DNA of 62,085 nt, counting the filler, from Vannella sp. (lineage: Eukaryota), in NCBI GenBank assembly GCA_023345925.1. It is 7 parts of 7 records of this genome, joined end to end, with 100 filler letters (N's around TTAATTAATTAA, not from the genome) between each part and the next. Parts side by side here need not be neighbours in the genome. Positions count along the whole stretch, not along the records: positions 1 to 10,751 come from JAJQQN010000795.1; positions 10,852 to 18,835 come from JAJQQN010001383.1; 5 more parts are not named here. One strand, given 5' to 3'. Position 1 is the stretch's first letter; every line of letters starts with the position of its first letter. A program made the translations under genes and the position numbers. Of the stretch, positions 1 to 11,252 are shown in pieces. Under the pieces are notes generated by a model. The model had not been told where the DNA came from. It saw only the letters and a list, made by a program, of their open reading frames with translations, and searched no databases.

Positions 1-262
1 CCTTTATTTCTTTGGGACCTGGGCCACCCGTGCGCGTTGCTCAATGTGCCAAATCACAGCTTATGTTCCAACATCAACGTCTGACCTCTTACACGGAAGG
101 ACCTTGACTGAAGGGAATGGCGTGACACCAACAAACATAAAGAGCTCGCTTTGGTACTCTGACTTTTTCTTTTTGCTCATTTATAACTGACACGTGTTAT
201 TTATGGAGACTAATGGACTTCCTTTGCCACGTAGGCGAGTTATTTCTCCTTCTCCTCGCGTC

Positions 263-1118
263 ATGTTCATGTTCGATTGGTTTTGGGGGGTGCTGGGCTT
301 CTTGGGTAAGATAATGGATGGTATAGGAACATTCTGACTTGCCTTCCCCTTAGGCTTGTACCAGAAGACCGCTAAGATCTTGTTCCTTGGTTTGGACAAT
401 GCCGGGAAGACCACTCTGCTTCACATGTTGAAGGATGATCACCTCGCTCAACATACCCCCACTTTCCATCCCAGTAAGAGCTGTTCATGGGACACACAAC
501 AAGAGTTGACATCACTGTCCCTTTGTAGCAACAGAGGAGCTCGTCTTGGGCAACATCAAGTTCCGAACGTTTGATCTTGGTGGACATACTGAGGGTTTGT
601 ACTCCAGACGAGTGAAAAAAAGGGGTTGGCCTGACAACACTCTTCTTCTTCTTAGCTCGTCGCCTCTGGAACAGCTACTTCACTATTGCTGACTGCGTTG
701 TTTACATTGTTGATACAGCTGATGTAGAGCGTCTCTCTGAATCGAAGAAGGAGCTTTCCGTGCGTATCTGCCTTCTCTTGAGTTGAAATGTTAGTTCCTG
801 ACTTATCCGCTCTCCTGGGCTTGTGCAGGGTCTCCTCTCGTGCGAAGAACTGCAGAACGTTCCTTTTGTCATTCTTGGGAACAAGATCGACAAGGGCACC
901 ATCGGTGAGGAGGAGCTGAAGGGTATCCTTGGCATCTCTCGTACGACCGGAAAGGGCAAACAGGCCCGCGTGGAAGGACAACGTCCCATTGAAGTGTTTA
1001 TGTGCAGCATCTTGCAGCGATCTGGTTACGGAGATGGTACGCCAGGCGGCCAAGAATCCTCTGTTGTGTGCTAACAGGTCTGACAGGCTTCCGTTGGGTC
1101 TCTCAGTATTTGAACTAG
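263..1118 (+). CDS. SAR1: Small GTPase Sar1 (COPII), 6 exons
   Basis: Spliced product [35 protein letters not shown]...TFDLGGH...ILGNKID...EVFMCS...[14 protein letters not shown] introns 306-353, 474-528, 595-655, 760-828 and 1037-1086 restore the frame. Confidence 0.97.
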
Positions 1119-1272
1119 TTTGTGAACGTCTCCCACTCACTGCCGTCACCCTGCCCATCGGCTTACTAAACAATTTTCCTTTCACCAAATGAAATGTCAA
1201 GAAGTTGGGAGAAATGAATGGGCCCAAGTGGAGGTGCTTCCTCATTTCCCCTTCGCCCTTCCCCAAGAGAGG

Positions 1273-2962
1273 ATGTCCGTTCTCGTTCGTGCGCAAGGAC
1301 GTGACTTGGTCTTTCCGCACACGGCTGGAAAGTCTCTTTCTTCGATTGTGAGCGAGTCGATCAGCAAGTTGGGGGGATCTTTGGAGCCACTGGGGCCCGA
1401 CCAAGTCTTTGTTCTGAGGTACAACGGAAAGACCTTAGAGAACTCCGATACCTTGGGCCGCGCTCGCGTTCCCTTGGGGGCTCAGCTCACTTTAGTGAAG
1501 CAGAAGAGACATACAGGATCAAAAGAGACCAAAGTGGCTCTCCAACTCCCAGGTCAATCGAAGAGATTAACTGCAGACTTGGACATGTCCACCTCCCTGC
1601 TTCATGTACTGGCCCACTTTGAGGGCCAAATTGGCGCCAACATCCTGGCCGCCCCTGCCGAGCCCTTTTCCTTCCCCATCCTCACGTTTATGAATCGGCA
1701 GTTTTCTACCCCAAGTGACCTTGTCTCCAACACCCTGGGCTCTCTGGGAGCTAATAATGGACTATTCAGGCTCACCTTTGGTGTTCCAACAGGAGAGTCC
1801 CCTCTTGTGTTGGGATTAACTTCAAATTCATCCAAAGCCTTGGAAAGTGGGTCAGAGGACGAGCCGGAAATGAAAAAAGCCAAACCGAACAACGTGGACG
1901 TCCCAGAAGAACTTTCTGATACCATTGTTTTGCCCAGTCAGTCTGAGGATTCTCCTGGGTCTTCTAAACTCTCTGAGACTGTTGTCCTACCCCACATTGG
2001 GTCTCAGAGCCTTCCTGTATCTTCTGATACTGTTGTCCTACCAAGCGGACCGGACCTACCTTTGTCTGATGAGATTTCCAAAGGTACTGAACACCGAATT
2101 ACAAAGAGCTCTGAAGTTCTTCCGAAATCGACGCCTCCGAAGCCCTGCACAAATCCTGTTGGTCCTTCACACATTCCAGAACGCCAGGTTCAATTCTTTA
2201 GTCGAGATCGTTTAGTCAGTGCACCAACTAAAAAGGGCTCCAAGCATGATAGCGGTAAGACAACTTTCCCCTCTGAGGGTCATTCAAACAAATCAAAGGG
2301 GCAAACAGTAACGTAACCGGTTTCTTTCGCAGATTTGGAAGACGAATCCATTTTTGAGTTGAGACCGGCTGATCTAAAGAAGAACGCGGAGCCAATCCTA
2401 TCCCAAATAGCCCCTTTTGAGCGCGACCAGTTTCTTCAGAAGAGAGCGGAGCGCTTTAAGGTGTCGAGAATTCGGATTTGTTTCCCTTCCAGAGATGAAA
2501 TTCAGGCACAGTTTAACGTTCAAGAGAGTATCGGTGACGTTGAAAGCTTCCTTCGTGAAACCTTCTCGAATCCTTCGTGGTCTTTCAACTTGTGTGAGCT
2601 CTCACTTCTGCTTCTCTCTCTTGACATTACTGACGAGGCTTGTGGTAGTTGTGACCCCACCAAAGAGATTGCTTTCTCCCTCTCAGACTCTCTTCAAGGA
2701 GGGACTTTACCCGGCTGCTCGTCTCCATCTGACTTGGACCGGAAAGGACCAACCTGTCCCTGGCCAAGCACTTCTACGTGTAGACGTCCAGCTTTTCACG
2801 CCAGAGCCTCCCATGCAAGAACAGGAGACTTTACACGAAGATTCCGAATTGGAATACCAAGCAAGTCCCACTCCTGCCGCAGCGGCCACTCCGACCGCAG
2901 CAGCCGTCCCAGCCAATCCCAAAGCGAGCGGCGGGCTTCCCAAATGGTTCGGGCGCAAGTAA
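1273..2962 (+). CDS. ASPSCR1: TUG/ASPSCR1 (Ubx4/PUX1-like) UBL-UBX p97 cofactor, 3 exons
   Basis: Two N-terminal ubiquitin-like domains, a low-complexity linker, a UBX domain (SRIRICFPSRDEIQAQFNVQESIGDV...TPPKRLLSPSQTLFKEGLYPAARLHL) and a C-terminal PKWF. Introns at 2255-2332 and about 2594-2648. Confidence 0.8.
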
Positions 2963-3021
2963 CTTTCCATTTCCTGTCCCCAAAGAACGCTTTTCCTTCA
3001 TTTCTTTTCCTTCTCTCCTCA

Positions 3022-4438
3022 ATGCAGGCGGGCTCGCTGGGTCGGGCACGGGTTTGCAGCTTTGGGAGACGCTTGGCGGACCACGCTTCGCATGTCTATA
3101 TCCACACTTCTTCTCTTCCAAGGCCAGGTAGCTTTCAGTCTCATCTAGCTCGTTCTACAGCACGGTGGTTCAGTTCTCCCACCACGGGAGAGAGGATAAG
3201 CCTCCTTCAGTTGCCCGATCGAATCAAGTCCTTCTCTTCTCGAGAGAAGGGTAAGGACGACATGGAAGAGCGCATTCCTTGGACAGAACAGCCTCGCTCT
3301 TTCACTTGTAACCAGTTCTTCTGGGGGCGCGGCCAATCTCCTCGCACGATCTTCGTGTCACGTAAGGAGACGCCTCAATCTCTGGATTGCCTCTACGACA
3401 TTGCTCGTTGGGTCAAAGAAGAGCATCCTACAGCGCGGATCCTGATCGAGGAAAGCAATGTTGGCGAGCTGAATGCCCTCGAGGACCTTCCCATCTTTGT
3501 CTTTCCGACTTCAGAGCGCAACCAGCTCTCTCGCATTGTGGATTTTATTGTCTGCTTAGGGGGAGATGGCTCCCTCCTTCATGTCTCCTCCACCTTTGGG
3601 AGAGGGCGCATTCCACCCGTTGTTGCCTTTTCTTTGGGGACTCTCAGCTTTCTGGCTTCCTTTAAAGCACAAGAATACGCAAGTGCATTGGCTGCCGTGT
3701 TTCGTGGAGGTTTTCTGTACACGAACCGGATGCGGCTGGTCTGCCGGGTCAGGAAAACATCCAAAGAGACTATTCCTCCCTTTTACGAGTCTCACTTTGT
3801 TCCTGTGGAGGCCACTGCCCTTCTACCCGCTGGATTTGAGTGCGCTTTCCCTGTCATCAACGAGGTCACTCTTCATCGCGGAACAGAAGGCCAAACCATC
3901 AAGATTGATTGCAGCATTAATGACCATTTCGTTACCAAAGCTTCAGGGGATGGGTTGATTGTGGGGACCGCTACAGGCTCCACTGCCTATGCACTATCTT
4001 GTGGAGGAAGCATGGTCCATCCTGCCATTAAGGTTAGCACCAATGCCCCTTAATGCCTTTTTGTGAACTTACCAGTCCTCTCTCCTTTCTTAGGCTATCA
4101 TGCTCACACCCATTTGTGCACGATCTCTATCCTTTAGGCCGTTGGTATTGCCGTGGGACATTTGTGTGCGTTTGGGAATCAGCGCCGATTCACGAGCTCG
4201 TCGTGGAATTTTGGCTCTTGACGGCCTTCCCATGATTCCGGTGAGGTACTTTCTCCTTTCTTTGTACTTGACTAACTCTCTTGTACTTTAGGTCACTGAT
4301 GAGGATGTCATGTTGGTGACTCGTTCTCCCTATTCTGTTCCGACAGTGAGCAAGCGGGATTCGATCAGTGATTGGGCCCACGACATCAATGTCCAACTGA
4401 AATGGAACCAAATGCCGGTTCCTATCAACGATGAGTGA
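3022..4438 (+). CDS. NAD(H) kinase, POS5-like, probable mitochondrial presequence
   Basis: Motifs CLGGDGSLL, INEV and GDGLIVGTATGSTAYALSCGG. Arg/Ser-rich N-terminus. Two 3' introns near 4033-4093 and 4241-4291; ends QLKWNQMPVPINDE*. Confidence 0.9.
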
Positions 4439-4521
4439 GCCATTGAGCTTCTGTTGAGATAGGAAAGGTTAAAACTGTCTTTCATTTGCTCGTCACACAA
4501 AGCTAAGGAACACCTTCCTCT

Positions 4522-4926
4522 CTAAAGAGCTGGAAGGTCTTTGGTCTGGTCAGAACCAGCGAATTGATAGTTCAGGGGGTTGGAGGCGGTAAACTCTTTC
4601 ATCCTCTCGCTGATTGTGCCAGCAAGGTCTTCAGGGAATGGTTTCACGCCACAGATCCACTCGTTCAGGGCTGGGTCGATCTCATTGAGGATCCGCTCGT
4701 ATTGAACGAGCTCCTCTTCGGTGAGTTCAGCCAGGTACTTCTCAGCAAAGCCTCCCACAAGGATGCATGTCTCCTTCATCCCTCGCTGTTTAGACTGGTA
4801 AAGGAGCTTGCGTCTTCGATGATCCAGAAGACCCAATGAAGTGGGAGCTTCGCATTGTGAAGCTGGCAGGCTGGCAAACGCCATAGAACGAACAAGCGAA
4901 ACTCTGCAGGACAGTCGGGAGAGCAT
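4522..4926 (-). CDS. SDHAF2: Succinate dehydrogenase assembly factor 2 (Sdh5/SdhE family)
   Basis: RRRKLLYQSKQRGMKETCILVGGFA contains the RGxxE motif. Mitochondrial-type N-terminus; intronless. Confidence 0.93.
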   Translation of the reverse strand: MLSRLSCRVSLVRSMAFASLPASQCEAPTSLGLLDHRRRKLLYQSKQRGMKETCILVGGFAEKYLAELTEEELVQYERILNEIDPALNEWICGVKPFPEDLAGTISERMKEFTASNPLNYQFAGSDQTKDLPAL

Positions 4927-5043
4927 GTTGGCTGCCGGGAAAGGAAAGGAAATGATCGCTGTCTCGAAGTGTCATTGGGCCAATCGGATACATTTCCTTT
5001 CATTTCCCCTCTCGTTTCGCTCTCGCAAGAAGAAGATTGACTT

Positions 5044-8000
5044 TTATTGAGAGGACGAGGTGGCGGCTTCCTTTAACGCGTTCAATTGACTTTGGAGAGA
5101 TTCAATGGTCGCCACCAACTGCAGAGCGCGCATCTCTGCAGTGATAGAGTGATAAGGGTTGGGAGTTCGGCTATGTCGGAGGTAGTATGCCTTCCAGAAG
5201 GCCAAGTCCTCATAAGAGGTGGAGGGATAAACGACACCGAGGCCAGGAAGGTACAACGGATTGAGGAATTGCTCGGATTGCTGTTGGATGTCGTCCCAAA
5301 CGGAGACGGTGATCTCGTTCAGATTGGCCTGGACCCTTTCCCTCTCATTGTTCATCAGGAAAGTTCCATACTGGCAAGAGTACACGTGGTCCATTAAGTG
5401 GATGAGGTACTTTTCGTTGTACTCAAAAAGACAGGGGAATTGGTTCATACACTGCCACACACAATCGATAAACTGTAGGAAGATGGGAGACCGTTGGTCA
5501 CTTGCAAAGTTAGAGTCTGCGTGGCCACAACGCACTCCAAACTTGTGACCGACAGCGAGCCAATCCTTTTCTACAAGGATGCGAAATCCCTGAAGGGTAC
5601 GGTAAAAGGGATTCAGGAAAATCTGTGCGAGGGCTGCAAGCTGAGCAGTACGGTCCCATCCATCTGAACAATGCAGAAGAACTGAGCAGCCTTGGCGATC
5701 AATGATTTTGGCAATTTTAACGGAGCTAGCGAGGACCAATTTCACATGAGAGAGCCACAATGTGCTATCGAGAAGGCTATAAAAGTTCTTGTCGTCCTTG
5801 TGAGTGGATTCACACAGGCGCTGAACTCGGTTAAATGCATCTCTCATGACGTGGATGTTCTCGATGTTAAGGAATTCCAACTTGCAATTCTGGTAGCGCC
5901 CTCCACTTTCAGATACCTTTTCATAGCCCATTCCCAGAGCTTGGTTTGCAATTGCATTGGCTTTTGGTCTTGCATCAAAGAGGTACAAGGTTTGGGAGTT
6001 GGTCATATTCGCCTCTCGAATAGCAGTTGTCATCATCTCATCGGCTTCACTTCGCGCATTGGTCACACCAACTTTTGGTTGTGAGCAACGAGTAATTGTG
6101 GCCGTGTTCGGGTGATAATAGGTCAAAATGGGAATGCGCCCTTTGGAGCGGAAAGAAAAGGCATCCACTACTAGCCGTTCGTCCATGCGAGCGGGAACAA
6201 TGAATTGTTCGGGGTAGCTGCTGCAGTGAGCGTATTCTCGATTGGCATTCGACACTTTCCACAGAGCAGGAGAGATATTCAGCCTTTCAAACTCATGATT
6301 GAATGTAAAAGGGGGGCTGATTGGAGCAGCGCCTGCTGGACGCTGGGGTTGGTAGTAAAAAGCAAAGACCTCTCGAAAGTCAGGGAAAGCTGCCCTATTG
6401 ATGGCTTCAAGGATTGCACGGCGCTGTTCTACTCCGTTGGAATGAAGAAAGCAAAAGCGAACGGAGCGGAGATCTTTGCAGAAAAGGTCGATAGATTGTT
6501 CCTTTTCCTTTTCCAGGATTCGGGCCACACTTCCGAGGTAGATTCGCACCGTAAAGTCCAAATACCCACTTCTTTGGCGAGCAAAGAGAAGCCGGGCATT
6601 GGTAATCACTAAGCATCCATCTTGAGGGTATTGCCCAACTCCCAAGTAGCGTACGTCCCCTTGATAGGCAAGGACTTCCTCGTTACTCAGTAGAGGGAGA
6701 TCCTCTTCAAGCTTGATCAGCTTTCTTTTGATCATTTCTCTCTAGAATAATCTAAATTTAGAAAGCAGACATCCCCATTTTGCACTTGAACTTACCTCTG
6801 TTGAAACTGGGTCCAAGTGAACATAAAGTCGAGAGATTGTAGAAGAATCATTGATTCCGTGTTGATTCTTGAGGAAGAGTTCGTCGTGTCTATGAAAGTC
6901 GTAGTGACCAAACAGTTCAGAAGGTTCTAGCCAAAATGGAGTGGCCAAGACAACATCGTCTTTCTTCATGCAGCAAAGACCAACGGTAGTGGGATCATCC
7001 ACTGTGGAGGAAATACAGCAAATAATCATCTTGAGAAGGCTAGCAACGCCCGTGTCTCGAGAACAGGTTACGAATAGACTTCCATCCAGTTCATCGAGGA
7101 ATCCAATCTTGAAGACGCTTTTCTCGCGGAGTTCAATGATATCCATGTTTCTCAATTGATAGTATTCAATTGTTTCATGCTCTTGGTCCATCCAATGCCC
7201 CTGGTGGTGCTCATCGTAGAGATAAAGACCCATAAACTGGTTGGCCAATCTCATGAATGTTCCGTGAAGGCTTTCACTCAACTCCTTGATGGTTGTTCCC
7301 CTTCTAATGCGGATAGATTTTTGGCTCACTCCAAGACTAGTTCTCACAAACACTTGGAGCCATAGAAAGTGTGAGGATTCTGGATCCATTCTCTTTAGGG
7401 AAAGGAGATCCTTTCAGCGCCCCCGTTAGATTGATGACATGAAGAGACACAGATGAGAGCACTCACACCGTCAGATATCCCGTAATGCCACAAGCAGAGC
7501 TCTGGGTCGAGCCAAATGGCTCCCGAGTCGGTGCGATTCTGTCTGGTTTGGGACGAACTGGTGGTGGAAGGTGTTTGGCGTGTGACTGAGCCTCCAGAGT
7601 TAGATCTTGTGGGCGTGGATGGTAAAGCGGGCCCTCTGGAAGGAATGCAAAGGCTGAGATCCTCTTCTTGCATGCGCCCAAGGGCTTCGTTCTCACGAAG
7701 CTTCTGAATCACCTGTTTGATCTGCATGTGGCTGTGCAGCTTGTACGGGACACTCGAGTCAAGCATGGGAATGAGTGCCTTAATCTGAACATGATCGGGA
7801 GGGTAACTGATTCCCAGCACTCGGCATCGAGTGATCAGTCCCGGCGTCCTCTTTCGTTCCCCTCGTGATGAGCATCGTGTCCCTTCTAAGTCCCCATCTG
7901 ACTCACTCTTTGTATGCCAGGTTGACTTTGGGGGCGAGCTTGGGGTGTAGGAACGGTGCTGAGCTGTTCTTCTGAGTGAGCGAGAGGATGAGACTCCAAT

Positions 8001-8856
8001 GTGAGATCTTCGTCTCGTTCCTGCAGATATTCTCAGTTCTTGCCACAGAGGAAGAATGAGAGGTGGCGAGGAGCGTACGAGAGAGGCCTGACTGACGAGG
8101 GCACGACACGGAGCCGAGAGGTTGGGAAGGTCCGCCACTCGCTGGAGAAGAGTCTTTGAGGGGGAGCACCTGAGTAAGAACAGGGAGAGGACCTCCTCTA
8201 ATCCCTCTTGCGCAACCTGTTCGAGGGGACTGGACCTATTCCCAGTGGCCTGAACGAGCCCACTCGCCGGGTCACTCTCTAAGATGCGTTCGCTCCACGA
8301 GAGGAGGATGGACTCTTCCACTCCACTTTGCACAAGGATATGCAGAGCAGTTAGTCCTTGTCCATTGGTTGCTCGCACATTGATACCCTTTCCGAGAAGC
8401 GCCTCCAGAACCTCTTTGGCTTCCTTTAAAGTCCTCTGCATGAGCTCCACTCTCTTCCAGGAGTGAGTGTCCACTTACAGTCGTATCTGCAAGTGTAGGA
8501 AGATGGCTGCAAAGGAGGTGGAGTGCAGTTTGCCCGAGAGTATTAGGAAGGAATGGAGATGCTTCCGCTCTCAAGAGAAGGAGAGAGAGTCGGAAGTGCC
8601 CATTCTGCGTGGCCAGCAAGAGAGAAGAGTTGCCTTGTGAATCTACAGCATTGACGTCAAGGGCACTGCGGAGGGCTCTGTTGCTCCTGGCTGCCAAAAG
8701 CCATTCCAAGACTTGTTGCTGACCTGTCGCTGCGCAGATGTGAAGAACCGTCCTCCTGTCTCCGTCTCTCACGCCCAATTGATCTGATTGCTGCAAAATC
8801 AGCTTTTCTACATTCCTCACGTCCCCTTGCCGCGCGGCTTCGTGCAGAGACAACAT
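5044..8856 (-). CDS. Ankyrin repeats + three talin-F0/ubiquitin-like repeats + PH-GRAM + active myotubularin PI 3-phosphatase + coiled coil (about 1,220 aa, 4 exons)
   Basis: Four ORFs join in frame through introns 8454-8478 (or an alternative acceptor), 7411-7466 and 6742-6795. ANK motifs (LHEAARQG, TVLHICAATG, TALHLL). Myotubularin motifs FRSKGRIP, DARPKANA, IENIHVMR and catalytic HCSDGWDRT. Confidence 0.85.
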
Positions 8857-9048
8857 GACCGAGCGGATCAGGAGGAGAAGGTGAAATGAGAGTGAAATGA
8901 GGGTGAGGAGGTGAAATGAGAGTGGAGGTGAACCTTTTTTATTTGCCTTCCTTCTGTGTGTCACTCTTGCTCCAATGAGAGCAACCAAAGCAAAGCCATC
9001 CGAGGAAAAGCTCGGATGCGTACATCCAGCGTGCAAGCTTGGACTTGA

Positions 9049-10443
9049 TTACTGGGAGACTGCTTCTATGATGGAGATGGGGGATCTGGTGGGAATGATG
9101 CGGGCAAGCCGAAGGCCAGCGAGATCAAGGAGATGGGAGTACTCCTTGACTGTCCTCTCCCGACCGGCGGTCATTACAGTCATCACCAAGTCCACTGAAA
9201 CCAAAGTGCGTAAGATGACGTTGGAGGCAGTGTCCACCAGAACATTCTCCAAGATCAAAACTTTGCTTTTCTCGCTCATCGCTTCTCGGACGTTCTTCAG
9301 GATGGCCACACACTCTTCATCCGTCCAATCGTGGAGGATGAACTTGAGTAGATAAGTATCAAACCCTGAAGGAACACATCGGAAGAAGTCGCCTTCCAGA
9401 AGTTGAATTTTCGACTGCAAAGAGATGGCGGAGGGGTACAGGCGCCCCAAATTGGTCTTCTGTTTCTCCCAAAACGTTTGAATATGTTCCTGCTTCATTA
9501 CAGAAGGTAAATCAAAGACTGCTAGTCGTTGTAGTGAGGATGCAGTTGGATCTCTTTCCAAAAGAGCTTCCAACACCCGCAATGCAATCAACCCTTGACC
9601 TCCTCCAATGTCAATGAGTGACGGTACTTCACTTAATTTCGGATTCCTACAATCTTCGAGGATATACTCCAGTAAGTGAGTGTTCACGGAGTCCATGTAG
9701 CGAGTAAACCAAAAGGAGTGTTCGGGGAACGCATCGTAGAAAGCCCACACGTTCTCATGTGCTGGGTAGAAAAGATTGAATGCTCGGTTCTGGTTCCCTT
9801 CAGGTTGACGTATGGAGTTACCCAATTGGGAGGCGGAAAGATAGTGGTCCGTATTTTGGGAGATTATTTGAGCGCGAGCAGACTTTGGATGCTCCTCCCA
9901 GAGAAGCTCTCCCACGTGGGTCAAGATGTAAAGAGCCTCATCATCACCACCTGTCACGGTGAGAACTCCGTGCGCTTCCAAAAAGTGCAAAAGACGGAGG
10001 AAATAGCCAAAGTTGCCTACTCCGCAATGCTCTGCCATTTCCCTCGCACTTTTGGGTGTGGCTATGTAGCCTCTATGTCCTAGAGAAAAGGAAGTCTCCA
10101 GAATGCTCCTTGGTGGGAGGGGCAGAGAGGGATCGTCTTTTTGAAGAAGAATAGACGCGATATCCAGTTGCGCTGCCGCGTGGAGTGCTTGAGAACGCAA
10201 GAATCCAGTACTGAGTTCCCACATTTGCAGCTCTGGAGGCGCAATCGCAGACCGTAGTCGGTCTAAGACGGAGAGAACTTTGGTGCCACCATGGAACACC
10301 GCCCACTTGACTGTATTCGCCACTCTCTCCTCATCATGGCTCGACAAAAGGCCTCGGAGTTGCCCTGGGTACATCAGAGGAGCGGCAACCAGGCTGGTCA
10401 CCGCCACGAGGAAGGCCACCAGCCGGATCCCTCTCCACTCCAT
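9049..10443 (-). CDS. SAM-dependent O-methyltransferase (Methyltransf_2/COMT-like) with N-terminal signal peptide or anchor
   Basis: IDIGGGQG, FDLPSV, EGDFF, YLLKFILHDWTDEECVAILKN, GRERT and an N-terminal dimerisation helix (SQALHAAAQLDIA). Start MEWRGIRLVAFLVAVTSLVAA. No introns evident. Confidence 0.88.
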   Translation of the reverse strand: MEWRGIRLVAFLVAVTSLVAAPLMYPGQLRGLLSSHDEERVANTVKWAVFHGGTKVLSVLDRLRSAIAPPELQMWELSTGFLRSQALHAAAQLDIASILLQKDDPSLPLPPRSILETSFSLGHRGYIATPKSAREMAEHCGVGNFGYFLRLLHFLEAHGVLTVTGGDDEALYILTHVGELLWEEHPKSARAQIISQNTDHYLSASQLGNSIRQPEGNQNRAFNLFYPAHENVWAFYDAFPEHSFWFTRYMDSVNTHLLEYILEDCRNPKLSEVPSLIDIGGGQGLIALRVLEALLERDPTASSLQRLAVFDLPSVMKQEHIQTFWEKQKTNLGRLYPSAISLQSKIQLLEGDFFRCVPSGFDTYLLKFILHDWTDEECVAILKNVREAMSEKSKVLILENVLVDTASNVILRTLVSVDLVMTVMTAGRERTVKEYSHLLDLAGLRLARIIPTRSPISIIEAVSQ

Positions 10444-10751
10444 CCGTGAAGCCAGAGAATGCACTTTTGAAAAGACTTCTTGAGCGAGAATAATCCTCTT
10501 TTGGCTGTCACCACAAACGATACGTAACAATGCTACCCAATGAGAGAGTGAGAGTTCACGGCCCCACTACAAGTTCTCCACCGGCAGTCCATTTCATGTT
10601 CGCCGTCCAGATGATCTTTGAAGCTGGTGAAGCTAAAGACTGCGTTGTCTGCATCCGCTTGGCAACGGAAGACGCTTCACTCCGTTTGGGCGTAGTTGAG
10701 CTGGTGAAGTGTAACAGCCAAAGGCTCTTTCTTCGCCATAAATCAACTCAA

Positions 10752-10851
10752 NNNNNNNNNNNNNNNNNNNNNNNNNNNNNNNNNNNNNNNNNNNNTTAAT
10801 TAATTAANNNNNNNNNNNNNNNNNNNNNNNNNNNNNNNNNNNNNNNNNNNN
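10752..10851. other. Artificial contig linker N44-TTAATTAATTAA-N44
   Basis: Identical 100-bp spacer with stops in all six frames, recurring six times. Confidence 0.99.
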
Positions 10852-11252
10852 TTTTCGGACTGTTTTTATGAAAGTCAGGCATTTGGGGGACGTTTCAATC
10901 CAATACCTTTATTCATCTATCGATACTTAAAAAGGTGCGATCTACTCGTCCAACAGTACTCTCGAAGCCCCCTTTCAACGTTCTGAAGTGCTTGGAACGG
11001 GTTGCGTTTTTTTCTTTCTTTCTTATTCTTCTTCGGCAATAGAATGCAGATGTGCTCCCAGCTCGTTTTTGTTGCCAAGTGAGAAAGTTGGTGCATTGAG
11101 GACCACGAGGAATACTATTTGACTTTTGGGCACCCCATGAGTGCAACTTACTGAAGGAAACAACGAGCAGAATCTCCCGCGTCTTCAGAAGAAAAACCTG
11201 AGAATCCCACAATTTCTTTGAGACGGTTTTCTGTCTCTTCTTGAAGAGGGAA

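Noticed and set aside
2335..4053. 572-aa ORF suggesting a UBX-NAD kinase fusion
   Set aside because: Chance read-through. The UBX exon splices into another frame ending PKWFGRK* at 2962, and the kinase has its own ATG and presequence at 3022.
10530..10751. Possible gene ends at contig edges (also 26062-26156)
   Set aside because: Too short to assign.
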